Shown here: one piece after another, positions 8,885-17,629 of the stretch
How positions within the stretch are numbered: position 1 is the first letter of the stretch
Layout of the letters: every line of letters begins with the position of its first letter
NCBI GenBank assembly: GCA_023664385.1
Contig: JAMPFU010000012.1
Coordinates: 12,117 to 76,116 of the forward strand
DNA length: 64,000 nucleotides
From: Clostridium sp.
GTDB taxonomy: Bacteria > Bacillota > Clostridia > Lachnospirales > Lachnospiraceae
Reading direction: 5' to 3'
Made by a program: the position numbers and the translations under genes
Notes under the pieces: generated by a model
The model's input: the letters and a program-made list of their open reading frames with translations, nothing else
What the model was told of the DNA's origin: nothing
Database searches by the model: none

Positions 8885-9136
8885 TGGCACGCTTGCGCTG
8901 CTTGTCGCACGTAACGGTACTAAGCTCGAAAATACCTCGCTAAGTACCGACGGCTCCAAAGCGCCTTTGCGTATGAATTATACATTTTGCACAACTCACT
9001 TTTTTTGAAACCACTAAGTTGCGCAATTGCCTATATGATGTAATAATATCCTAAGGAATCCGTCTGCTTCGCAGACACCTTGTCACTTTGTCCTAAGGCA
9101 TCCTCCCAGCTTCGCTGGGTCTCTCCTTAGGACATA
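8885..9136. repeat. GC-rich intergenic hairpin-repeat block. The 45-nt element at 9090-9136 has a near-identical second copy at 55951-55995
   Basis: 9049-9078 reads 'tcctaaggaatccgtctgcttcgcagacacc'. 9090-9136 reads 'gtcctaaggcatcctcccagcttcgctgggtctctccttaggacata'. Compare 55951-55995, 'gtcctaagacatcctcccacttcgtgggtccctccttaggacata'. Both have an outer 8-bp stem (gtcctaag/cttaggac) and an inner stem with a CUUCG-type loop. The substitutions between copies are compensatory. Confidence 0.6.
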
Positions 9137-9199
9137 TTATATCATACTTTACGCAAAGAATAAAACTATTATTACCGATATAAGTTGTTTCCTGTAAAG

Positions 9200-9240
9200 T
9201 AAAAAAGCATTTAAGCTATTGCCCTAAATGCTTTTTATTT
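9200..9240 (-). terminator. Rho-independent terminator hairpin at the 3' end of the RelE/ParE gene
   Basis: The stem aaaagcattta / taaatgctttt is followed by a T-run on the minus strand. The hairpin overlaps the toxin stop codon (9235-9237). Confidence 0.5.
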
Positions 9241-9573
9241 GGGATATGTATAATTTTGCTGTTCTTTCAGTATATTTTTCCAATCCCTTTCCTCCCGTAA
9301 CACCCTCAAAATGTGTATTTCATTTTCCAGTTCTTTGATTACATAGAATATAATGGACGGTGGAAAAGCTTTCTTAAAAATGGAATACGAACGATAATGG
9401 ATATGCGTGTTGCCATAGATACCTCCCATATATCCAATGTCTTTTATCTGTTGTTTTATTTCTTTTTCAAATCTGTCGGCACGGTTTTTTCCAAAATCCC
9501 GTTCAATATAATCGGCAATGTCCGTCAAATCGTATATTGCCTCCCACGTCAAAATAACTTTATGCTCTTGCAT
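9235..9573 (-). CDS. Type II toxin-antitoxin toxin, RelE/ParE family
   Basis: 112 aa. The sequence '...IHILRVLREERDW' and the overall RelE/ParE pattern are present. The toxin start overlaps the stop of a 55-aa upstream ORF. Confidence 0.65.
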   Translation of the reverse strand: MQEHKVILTWEAIYDLTDIADYIERDFGKNRADRFEKEIKQQIKDIGYMGGIYGNTHIHYRSYSIFKKAFPPSIIFYVIKELENEIHILRVLREERDWKNILKEQQNYTYPK

Positions 9574-9727
9574 TTCTCCTTATATCCCTCAATTCTGTAA
9601 TTTTTTGGAATGCTTCGTCAATCGGAAGCTCTCTGTCCGCCTCCATGTCATCAATTCCCCTATCCAACATTTGTAACAAATCATCATCTTGCTGTAAAAT
9701 ATTTTTATTATCTACTATCATATCCAT
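9560..9727 (-). CDS. Candidate antitoxin (55 aa) of the RelE/ParE module
   Basis: Manual translation gives MDMIVDNKNILQQDDDLLQMLDRGIDDMEADRELPIDEAFQKITELRDIRRNARA*. The SD AAGGAGTGGGTGAT lies upstream. Its stop codon overlaps the toxin ATG, and the toxin SD (AGGAGAA) lies inside its 3' end. Small acidic proteins in this position are typical antitoxins. Confidence 0.45.
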   Translation of the reverse strand: MDMIVDNKNILQQDDDLLQMLDRGIDDMEADRELPIDEAFQKITELRDIRRNARA

Positions 9728-9767
9728 ATCACCCACTCCTTATTTTCTGTATTTATAGTATTTCATT

Positions 9768-9777
9768 ATTGTACAAT
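9768..9777. promoter_or_regulatory. Perfect 10-bp palindrome ATTGTACAAT in the promoter region of the TA module (candidate autoregulatory operator)
   Basis: Seen directly in the sequence, about 40 nt upstream of the antitoxin ATG, next to a TATAAT-like element. Confidence 0.25.
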
Positions 9778-10184
9778 TTTATTATATACTACATAGCTTA
9801 TCATATTTAAAAGTCCACAACAAGAAATTCTTTCTTCAATAAATTCCTGTTTCCTTGTCTGCACTGCAAAATATCCCTGTGCAAACGCAATCTCCTCCTT
9901 TTGGGGGTCACCATGTAATCCTTTATTTTTCGTTTTGCTCCACTCCTAGGCTGAATCATTTTCGTGACCTCACGAAAATGGTCTAACATATCTTGATTAT
10001 ATATTGGGGATATACACATAAGTATATAGTTTATTATACCATAAAAATATTTCAAATAAAATATCTAACTGTAATTTTCAATCACGTGCCTATAGAACAA
10101 CGCATCTTCGATGCCGTAGTTCGCATCTTGACAGACTCCGTAAGGAACATGGTATAGAAAATTCATCTACATTTCCTATACCAT

Positions 10185-10228
10185 ACAAAAACGGACTACA
10201 ATTCATTGATTATAGTCCGTTTTGTTTT
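10185..10228 (-). terminator. Rho-independent terminator downstream of the YhgE/Pip gene
   Basis: The stem aacggacta / tagtccgtt is followed by TTTTTGT on the minus-strand RNA. Confidence 0.5.
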
Positions 10229-10268
10229 ACTATCCTACATAGCCTGTCAGCGTTGTACAATTGACAAG

Positions 10269-12458
10269 CTACTCTATGGAGTCAGTCCTGTATATAAATT
10301 TTACGCTTCCCCTTACATCATCCGCTTTGCCTGCAAAGGTCTGATACTCCTTTGATACATCTACTACAGCCTTTATTCTCGCTATGAGAACCTCCACATC
10401 TCCGTCAAATGCCTCCACAAGCTTCTGTATGCCCTTCTCGTTAAATTCCTTCATGCCGTTCAAAAGCTGCTCGGAGCCGTCAGAAAGCTCATTTTCTCCT
10501 GAGACAAGAGCAGCCGTTCCATCCTTCAGGGTTTCCATTCCTGAATACAGGGTATTCGTTCCCTCTGTCAGAGTAGATGCACCTGTGGATAAATTTTGTG
10601 CACCTGCATTAAGCTCGGCAGAACCACTTACAAGCTGATTGCTTCCACTGTATGCCGTATCTACTCCTTGTGTATACGTAACAACACCGTCATAAAAAGC
10701 TTTATAGCTGTCAAGCTGCGCAATCAGCGCCTGTATGCTGCCTGCCCCCGACTGTGCTTCGGCAACGGCAGCATTTATTTTTGTAGTGACATCCGATGAA
10801 GCCATATTGTCATTTATGAGGGACTGCACCTTTGCCTCGGTGTTTGCATCAATGACCGCCTGCATGTCTGCGCCTGCAACAGTTGCATCTACTGCTCCGT
10901 CTATCGCTGTCCTTGTAGCATCATCAACTAAGCCTGCGGAAACGGCAGCCTCATAGTCGGCAGACGTCATGCCAAGTCCCTGTGAATCAAGCACCCCCTG
11001 AAGCACCTGCGCCCGCACTGCTTTTTCTACCTCTGCGCGTATTGTCGGTCTGCCTGCATTTACTGCATCCGTAACCTGTGAAAGTGCCGTATTGTATGCC
11101 ATACTATATACTGCGTCACTGTTTAAGGACCCGAGAACGCCACTTAGGGTTTCCTTATAATTTTCAATTGTAAGCTTTGGAACGGAAAGTCCTGCTGCCG
11201 CAAGCTGACTGTCTGCCGCTGCAAGGAGCGAATCAAACACCTGCGCTGCCCCGTCCCTTAAATCCTGACTGCTTCCGCTCAGTGCCGCAAGCCCCTGATT
11301 AAGCTGTACAATTCCCGCATCCAAGGCTTGCGCTCCTGTGCTTATCTGTGCAGCACCCGTACTTATTTGGGAGGCTCCTGTGTTTACTGCGCCTGCGCCT
11401 GTGTGCAGGTCGTTTACACCTGACACAAGCGTTTGTGATTTGGTGACAAGCAATTTAATTCCATCATAAAGCGCCGATGAGCCGTCCACAAGCGCAAGGG
11501 AGGAGTCTGAAAGCGTATCAAGTGACGCCTGTAAATCCTCCAATGTACTTATATCATCTAAGTTAAGGGAGTTAAAAACGTCATTTGTTGCAAGGGTGAT
11601 TGTAGTTGCCATTGAAAAGTCCTTCACGTCCGCCGTGATTTCAACATAGTCGGGAATCGCAAGCTTTTCCTCAGACAGTGCAAGGCTTTCCTGTAGCCCT
11701 GGAAGGGCATATGCCATAACGATGCTTTTGTCCCCATCATTTATAATTTTTCCATTTGAAACCGTTATATTTGTAAATTTGGAATCGTCAACTACCATTC
11801 CTGTTACCATCACAAAAGGAACATATACGGTTTCCTTTTCTCCGTCAATCAAAACCGTTTGTGATTCATTATTTTTATAATCAAATCTTATGGTTACCCT
11901 GCCGCTTTTGCCTGCCAGCTCTGTTGCCGATACAGCCCTGCCATCCAGCTTATAGCTTATCTTCACATCAACAGGAAGCGCCTTGTTCGTTGTTCCCTGA
12001 TAATAGATGTCATTTCCACCGGCGTCCCATATTGTCATATTGTCGGGGTTTATTGTATAGCTTTCATAACCCTTAACATTTTCAATGTTATCAAGCTCCG
12101 ATATATCCTCCAATTGGTCGAGATTTTTTGGGTTCTTCAACCAGTCGCTTACAATTACCTTGTTGATTGTGCCGTCAGCACTTGCAAGAACATACACCGT
12201 TTCCTCCTTGCCTGCCTCAGCCTTATTGTCAATGATTGATTCCATTGCCGTTTCACCTGATGCTTCGTCGGACGCCCGAGACAAGGAAACATCTGCTGTG
12301 CCACTTACCTCCATTCCAGCCTCTGCCGACAGCTCCTGCAGCTGTACCTCTTTTAAATTTGTAACACTGCCTGCACCTGCCGCATAGCCTGCCATACCCG
12401 TAATAAGCGCAGCCGCAACAGCCAAAGAAACAACTTTATACTTTTTCTTATCTCTCAT
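10269..12458 (-). CDS. YhgE/Pip-family (phage infection protein-like) secreted/membrane protein
   Basis: 729 aa with an N-terminal signal/TM. A large extracytoplasmic region carries Ala/Gly/Ser-rich 'TGA..' repeats. It sits immediately downstream of an MMPL transporter, the typical YhgE-MMPL pairing. Confidence 0.55.
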   Translation of the reverse strand: MRDKKKYKVVSLAVAAALITGMAGYAAGAGSVTNLKEVQLQELSAEAGMEVSGTADVSLSRASDEASGETAMESIIDNKAEAGKEETVYVLASADGTINKVIVSDWLKNPKNLDQLEDISELDNIENVKGYESYTINPDNMTIWDAGGNDIYYQGTTNKALPVDVKISYKLDGRAVSATELAGKSGRVTIRFDYKNNESQTVLIDGEKETVYVPFVMVTGMVVDDSKFTNITVSNGKIINDGDKSIVMAYALPGLQESLALSEEKLAIPDYVEITADVKDFSMATTITLATNDVFNSLNLDDISTLEDLQASLDTLSDSSLALVDGSSALYDGIKLLVTKSQTLVSGVNDLHTGAGAVNTGASQISTGAAQISTGAQALDAGIVQLNQGLAALSGSSQDLRDGAAQVFDSLLAAADSQLAAAGLSVPKLTIENYKETLSGVLGSLNSDAVYSMAYNTALSQVTDAVNAGRPTIRAEVEKAVRAQVLQGVLDSQGLGMTSADYEAAVSAGLVDDATRTAIDGAVDATVAGADMQAVIDANTEAKVQSLINDNMASSDVTTKINAAVAEAQSGAGSIQALIAQLDSYKAFYDGVVTYTQGVDTAYSGSNQLVSGSAELNAGAQNLSTGASTLTEGTNTLYSGMETLKDGTAALVSGENELSDGSEQLLNGMKEFNEKGIQKLVEAFDGDVEVLIARIKAVVDVSKEYQTFAGKADDVRGSVKFIYRTDSIE

Positions 12459-12481
12459 GATAATTCCTCCTTATATTTAGG

Positions 12482-14587
12482 TTATGAATACTGTTCTATC
12501 ATTTCCGCAGCTTTTTTCCTCCGGACAAAGCCGATGCTGGTTGCACATATCAGCTTATCAAACAATCTAAGCAATGACGGAAGAATAAGTATAACCGACA
12601 CCATGCTTACCATTGAGCCCCTTGCCATAAGCAGACACATGGAGCTTATCATATCAACCTCAGAGTACATTCCAACGCCAAAGGTTGCAGCAAAAAATCC
12701 AAAAGCACTTACAATAATAGACGGTATGGATGCTGACAGGGCATTTCCTGCTGCCTCCTTTTTGTCAAGCCCGCCAAGTCTTTCACGCTTATATCTTGTC
12801 GTCATAAGTATGGCATAATCCACGGTCGCCCCAAGCTGAATCGTACTGATACATATCGGTGCCACAAAAGGCAGTGCGGTATGCGTAAAGTACGGAATGC
12901 CAAGGTTTATAAATATGGCAAATTCTATTACCGATACAAGAAGCACCGGCAGGGATAGGCTCTTAAACACAAACAATATTATGATAAATATTGCCGCTAT
13001 GGAAAGCCAGCTTACGACCATAAAGTCATGGTCTGTTATCTCTATTAAATCCTTTGTACATGGCGCCTCGCCGATTAGCATGCCATTTGGGTCAAATTTT
13101 TTAAGCACATCGTTTATCTCATCAATCTGCGCATTTACCTCATCTGTGGCAACCTTATATTGGGAGCTTACCATTAACAGCTTATAGTTATCACTTTCAA
13201 GAATTTCAGTTACCGATTCAGGAAGCATCGTCTCAGGAATCAGCGAGCCTACAATTGTTTCCAAGCCTAAAACCGCTTTCACCCCCTCAACTGCTTCAAT
13301 GCCCTCCATCATTTCCTTCATCTGCTTCTGCGACATCGCTGAATCCACAAGTATCATATGCGTGCTTCCCATATCAAACTCATCCTGAAGCTTTGTATTT
13401 GCTATGACAAAATTCATATCCTCAGGAAGCGACTCCGAAAGGTCATAGTAAACCTCTGCCTTCTGATAGCCGTAAAATGCAGGTCCCACAATAGCAAGAA
13501 ACAATAGTATAAATGCAGGTGCAAGCTTAACAACCCGCTTTGCAAATTTATCCATGTTTGGTATGATTGATTTATGCCTTGTCTTTTCAATTGCTTTATC
13601 AAATACAAGTATCATGGACGGAAGTGTCGTCACGCAGCCAATTACGCCAAACACAACTCCCTTTGCCATAACAATTCCAAGATCCTTTCCAAGTGTAAAG
13701 CTCATAAAGCAAAGTGCCAAAAAGCCTGCAACCGTTGTAATGGAGCTTCCCACAACCGAGGATAGGGTTTTTCCGATTGCAGATGCCATTGCACCTTCCT
13801 TATCTTTACCATAATTTCCCTTTTCCTCCGTATAGCTGTGCCACAGGAATATGGAATAGTCCATTGTGACGCCAAGCTGAAGCACTGCCGAAAGTGCCTT
13901 GGTGATATAGGATATTTCTCCAAACACTATGTTTGTTCCAAGGTTCATAAGGATTGCCATTCCTATGCTTGCAAGGAAGATAAACGGTATCAAAAACGAA
14001 TCCATGAAAATCATCATGACAATCGTTGCACAAAGTACTGCAAGCCCTACATAAACCGGCTCCTCAGTCTCACACAATTCTTTCAAATCCGTAACCATTG
14101 CAGACATTCCCGTCACAAAGCATTGCTTTCCCATAAGCTTTCTTATTTCACTGATTGCCTCCATGGTTTCATCTGCACTTGTAGAGGTATCGAAAAATAT
14201 CGCCATAAGTGTTGCATCTTCCTTATTAAATACCTCATAGTATTTGTCAGGAAGAAGCTCCATCGGGATTGACACATCTGCTATGCTGTCATACCATATG
14301 GCTGTTTCAACATGGTTGATTTCCTCTACACGTTCCTTTACATCGGATATTTCCTTTGGGGTCATACCCTCGATTACAACGATGGAAAAAGCTCCCTTTC
14401 CAAAATCATCAAGAAGAATCTCCTGCCCTTTTACCGTATCAATATCTCCCGGAAGATAATCAAGCATATCGTAATTGATACGTGTGTTAAGCATTCCAAA
14501 AAGAGATGGTATAAGGAGTAAAACTGCGATGATTAAAATGGGGATTTTAAATTTTACCACTGCCTTTCCAAATCTGCTCATAGCCAT
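12482..14587 (-). CDS. MMPL/RND-superfamily membrane transporter
   Basis: 701 aa with two blocks of multiple TM helices separated by soluble loops, the MMPL architecture. Confidence 0.65.
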   Translation of the reverse strand: MAMSRFGKAVVKFKIPILIIAVLLLIPSLFGMLNTRINYDMLDYLPGDIDTVKGQEILLDDFGKGAFSIVVIEGMTPKEISDVKERVEEINHVETAIWYDSIADVSIPMELLPDKYYEVFNKEDATLMAIFFDTSTSADETMEAISEIRKLMGKQCFVTGMSAMVTDLKELCETEEPVYVGLAVLCATIVMMIFMDSFLIPFIFLASIGMAILMNLGTNIVFGEISYITKALSAVLQLGVTMDYSIFLWHSYTEEKGNYGKDKEGAMASAIGKTLSSVVGSSITTVAGFLALCFMSFTLGKDLGIVMAKGVVFGVIGCVTTLPSMILVFDKAIEKTRHKSIIPNMDKFAKRVVKLAPAFILLFLAIVGPAFYGYQKAEVYYDLSESLPEDMNFVIANTKLQDEFDMGSTHMILVDSAMSQKQMKEMMEGIEAVEGVKAVLGLETIVGSLIPETMLPESVTEILESDNYKLLMVSSQYKVATDEVNAQIDEINDVLKKFDPNGMLIGEAPCTKDLIEITDHDFMVVSWLSIAAIFIIILFVFKSLSLPVLLVSVIEFAIFINLGIPYFTHTALPFVAPICISTIQLGATVDYAILMTTRYKRERLGGLDKKEAAGNALSASIPSIIVSAFGFFAATFGVGMYSEVDMISSMCLLMARGSMVSMVSVILILPSLLRLFDKLICATSIGFVRRKKAAEMIEQYS

Positions 14588-14724
14588 TACCTCTTTTCCT
14601 TTTACTATAATTTTCCTAAAAGCTTTGTTTCATTAGGAAATATAGTATTAAAACCGACCGAAAACAATAAACACAAAAAAAGATGTGCACAAAATTTGTG
14701 CACACCCTTTAAAATGTACTAAAA

Positions 14725-15294
14725 TTATTTTTTGCTGACACGTTCTAATGTCAGACGGATATTTCCATCAAAAATTCTGCTAAGCTCATATATGGCAGTC
14801 TCCGCATCATCCTTCATGTTCCTTTGCAGCCACTCGAAAATAATGCCTACCACTGCATGCTTATAGAAAAGGGCAACATACATAATATCCATATCAGATA
14901 CTTCCATGCCGTCCGCCTGAACCTTTACAAAATCCAGCATAATCTCCTGTGCGACCCTGTAGAGATACCGCTCAAGCTGTTCACGATTTACGGAATTGTA
15001 AATGTGATAGATAGCCGTCTTGTTCTCAAGCAGAAACTCTGTAATGTGAATGAGTGCATCACGCCATGACTCATACGGTCTGTACTCCTCAAACATAGCC
15101 TGTGCCTGTGTCTCAAATATATCTTCAAGCAGAGCATATATGTCCTGATAATGATAGTAAAATGTATTTCGGCTTATACCGCACTCGCAAACAATATCCT
15201 TAACGGATATTTTTTCAAGTGGACGTTCATTTAAAAGCTTCATGAACGTTTCCTTAATAACCCTTTCAGTTACCGACATATTATGCCTTTCCAA
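14725..15294 (-). CDS. TetR/AcrR-family transcriptional regulator
   Basis: N-terminal HTH 'ISVKDIVCECGISRNTFYYHYQDIYALL'. The true start may be the internal ATG at 15279, just after the fba stop. Confidence 0.7.
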   Translation of the reverse strand: MERHNMSVTERVIKETFMKLLNERPLEKISVKDIVCECGISRNTFYYHYQDIYALLEDIFETQAQAMFEEYRPYESWRDALIHITEFLLENKTAIYHIYNSVNREQLERYLYRVAQEIMLDFVKVQADGMEVSDMDIMYVALFYKHAVVGIIFEWLQRNMKDDAETAIYELSRIFDGNIRLTLERVSKK

Positions 15295-16144
15295 CAGAAC
15301 CGAAAAGCTCCATCTTCTCCTTAACGGTTGCCTTTATAGCCTCTGCACCCGGAGCAAGAAGCTTACGTGGGTCAAAGCCTTTGCCCTGCTGATCCTTGCC
15401 TTCCTCAATATATTTTCTTGTTGCCTCCTGGAAGGAAAGCTGGCACTCAGTATTTACGTTAATCTTTGAAACGCCAAGTGAAATAGCCTTCTTAATCATA
15501 TCCTCAGGAATACCTGTACCGCCATGAAGCACGAGAGGCATAATGCCTGTCTTTTCCTGAACTGCCGCAAGTGTTTCAAAGCTAAGACCTGCCCAATTTT
15601 CAGGGTACTTGCCATGAATATTACCGATGCCTGCTGCAAGCATGTCCACACCCAAATCAGCAATTGCCTTGCACTCATTCGGATCTGCACACTCGCCTGC
15701 ACCGATAACTCCGTCCTCCTCGCCGCCGATGGAACCAACCTCAGCCTCAATGGAAAGTCCTAAGTTATGTGCTACATTTACAAGCTCCCGTGTCTTTGCA
15801 ATGTTCTCCTCAATCGGATAGTGTGAGCCGTCAAACATGATTGAGGTAAAGCCTGCCTTAATACACTTATAGCATCCTTCATAGGTACCATGGTCTAAGT
15901 GAAGCGCTACTGGAACGGTAATTCCAAGCTCCTCGTCCATAGCCTTTACCATAGCCGTAACCGTCTTAAAGCCTGTCATATACTTTCCTGCACCCTCCGA
16001 TACACCTAGGATAACAGGTGAGTTAAGCTCCTGTGCAGTTAAAAGGATTGACTTCGTCCACTCAAGGTTATTGATATTGAACTGACCGACAGCGTACTTG
16101 CCTTCCTTTGCCTTTTTAAGCATCTCTGTAGCTGAAACTAACAT
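15281..16144 (-). CDS. fba: Fructose-bisphosphate aldolase, class II
   Basis: 'LHLDHG', 'HGGTG' and the overall class II FBA sequence. The start at 16144 is preceded by GGAGGAAC; the ORF-track start at 16165 is probably 7 codons too long. Confidence 0.85.
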   Translation of the reverse strand: MLVSATEMLKKAKEGKYAVGQFNINNLEWTKSILLTAQELNSPVILGVSEGAGKYMTGFKTVTAMVKAMDEELGITVPVALHLDHGTYEGCYKCIKAGFTSIMFDGSHYPIEENIAKTRELVNVAHNLGLSIEAEVGSIGGEEDGVIGAGECADPNECKAIADLGVDMLAAGIGNIHGKYPENWAGLSFETLAAVQEKTGIMPLVLHGGTGIPEDMIKKAISLGVSKINVNTECQLSFQEATRKYIEEGKDQQGKGFDPRKLLAPGAEAIKATVKEKMELFGSVGKA

Positions 16145-16433
16145 TTTTTTGTTCCTCCGTTTCATTATATATTTTTGTAATTCGCAGCGTCACGCCACGC
16201 TGTTAATTGCTTTCGCAAAATATTATACAATAAAACCCATTCTTTTACAATGATGAATAATGTGGTTTTATATGAAGCTCTATATGTCTATATGCGTGTC
16301 TTACGGCATGATTGGTTTCCATTTTAATATGTCCCGCCTGTAGCTTTATTATGTACGCTTATATTGCCTGCCCTTCTTCCGAGTATAAAAAATGATACCC
16401 TCTAACGGCATACTATCATTTTTTCTTTGAAGC

Positions 16434-17165
16434 CTATTCATGTACAATATTAAGATATTCATCCAGTCTTTGTTCCTCCAGCTCTGCTATCATGTCTGCA
16501 AAGGGAATTAAATTTCCGTCCGTTGCATATGCCTCTAATGCTTCAAAATATTCCAAACGATTTTCCTTTGCAATGGACACGGGAAGAAATCCCGCCCTCA
16601 TTAGCTGATAGTTCATAATCATACGGGAGGTTCTTCCATTGCCATCAACAAAGGGATGAATTTTTACAAACTCCGCATGCGTCCATGCAGAAAGCTTAAT
16701 ATCATTTTTATCCTTCATTTGCTCCATGTCTGCATAAAATGCCTTTATCTGCTGATACATTTCACCCGGTGTTGGTGGTTTATGCTTAGCGCCCGATATC
16801 CGCACCTCCACATTTCGATAGACCCCGCCCGTTAAAATATTTTCCATAAGCAGTGCATGAATATCCTTAATTATAGTTTCATCCAAAGCTCTTTTCTCAG
16901 AAATACATTTTTTAACGAATTGAAATGCCTTATTATGATTGACAACCTCATAAATCTCCCGAAGCGGTTTCCCACCAACAGATATTCCATCCTCCAAAAC
17001 AGCCTTCGTCTGTATCAGTGTTAATGTATTTCCCTCTATGGCAGTTGAATTGTGTGTATATTCAATTTCGAAGCTTTTGTCAAAGCTTTGAATTGCCTCT
17101 TGCGGTAACTGTTCCCATATTTGACTTAACTGTTCCTTTTTTTGATACAGCACATTATAGTCCAT
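16434..17165 (-). CDS. Fic-family protein (class II, with an N-terminal inhibitory motif)
   Basis: Fic motif 'HPFVDGNGRTSR'. The N-terminal inhibitory-helix motif [S/T]xxxE[G/N] is present as 'STAIEGN'. Confidence 0.75.
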   Translation of the reverse strand: MDYNVLYQKKEQLSQIWEQLPQEAIQSFDKSFEIEYTHNSTAIEGNTLTLIQTKAVLEDGISVGGKPLREIYEVVNHNKAFQFVKKCISEKRALDETIIKDIHALLMENILTGGVYRNVEVRISGAKHKPPTPGEMYQQIKAFYADMEQMKDKNDIKLSAWTHAEFVKIHPFVDGNGRTSRMIMNYQLMRAGFLPVSIAKENRLEYFEALEAYATDGNLIPFADMIAELEEQRLDEYLNIVHE

Positions 17166-17209
17166 ATGCTTTTCCCTCCATCAAATACGCTTTCCCCCTG
17201 TTTTTGTTA

Positions 17210-17545
17210 TTATTTTGTCGCTCCACAGGTTGTACACTTATATCCGTCGAATACTTTTTCGTCATATGCTTTCTTGTCTACCTTCCATTTTTCCTCGTAG
17301 GATGCTTCGTGGTGGATGGTGTCGACTTGGACTTGCCCAGAGCTATAGCTAGAACCCGCTGTTGTAATTATTCCCGGCACATATCGTATGTCATCCTCTG
17401 ACAATGGTGGTCCACATACCGTGCAATGTGTATCTGGATTTGACCCTGAAGCTGTGATATCTATTCTACAATAATTGCAAAAATAATGAAAGTCATAAAC
17501 CGGTTCATCATACGCTTCTTTGTATACAGTTTCATAATGCCCCAC
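17210..17545 (-). CDS. Cys-rich 111-aa ORF (CxxC...CxxC...CxxC, zinc-ribbon-like) with a GTG start and no SD. Probably the C-terminal part of the upstream lipoprotein gene
   Basis: It is in the same frame as 17630..18328. An 84-nt open stretch precedes the GTG and is interrupted only by the TAG at 17630-17632. Confidence 0.35.
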   Translation of the reverse strand: MGHYETVYKEAYDEPVYDFHYFCNYCRIDITASGSNPDTHCTVCGPPLSEDDIRYVPGIITTAGSSYSSGQVQVDTIHHEASYEEKWKVDKKAYDEKVFDGYKCTTCGATK

Positions 17546-17629
17546 TTCATCATGGTGGACGGTTCGGTACTGTGCCTCCCAAGTATGCTGGTGTATGCCA
17601 CCAGTACCATTTCCCTGATTTCCACCTGC

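Noticed and set aside
9807-10055. 82-aa minus-strand ORF in the TA/YhgE spacer
   Set aside because: It has no SD, an odd composition, and overlaps the palindrome. It is probably non-coding.
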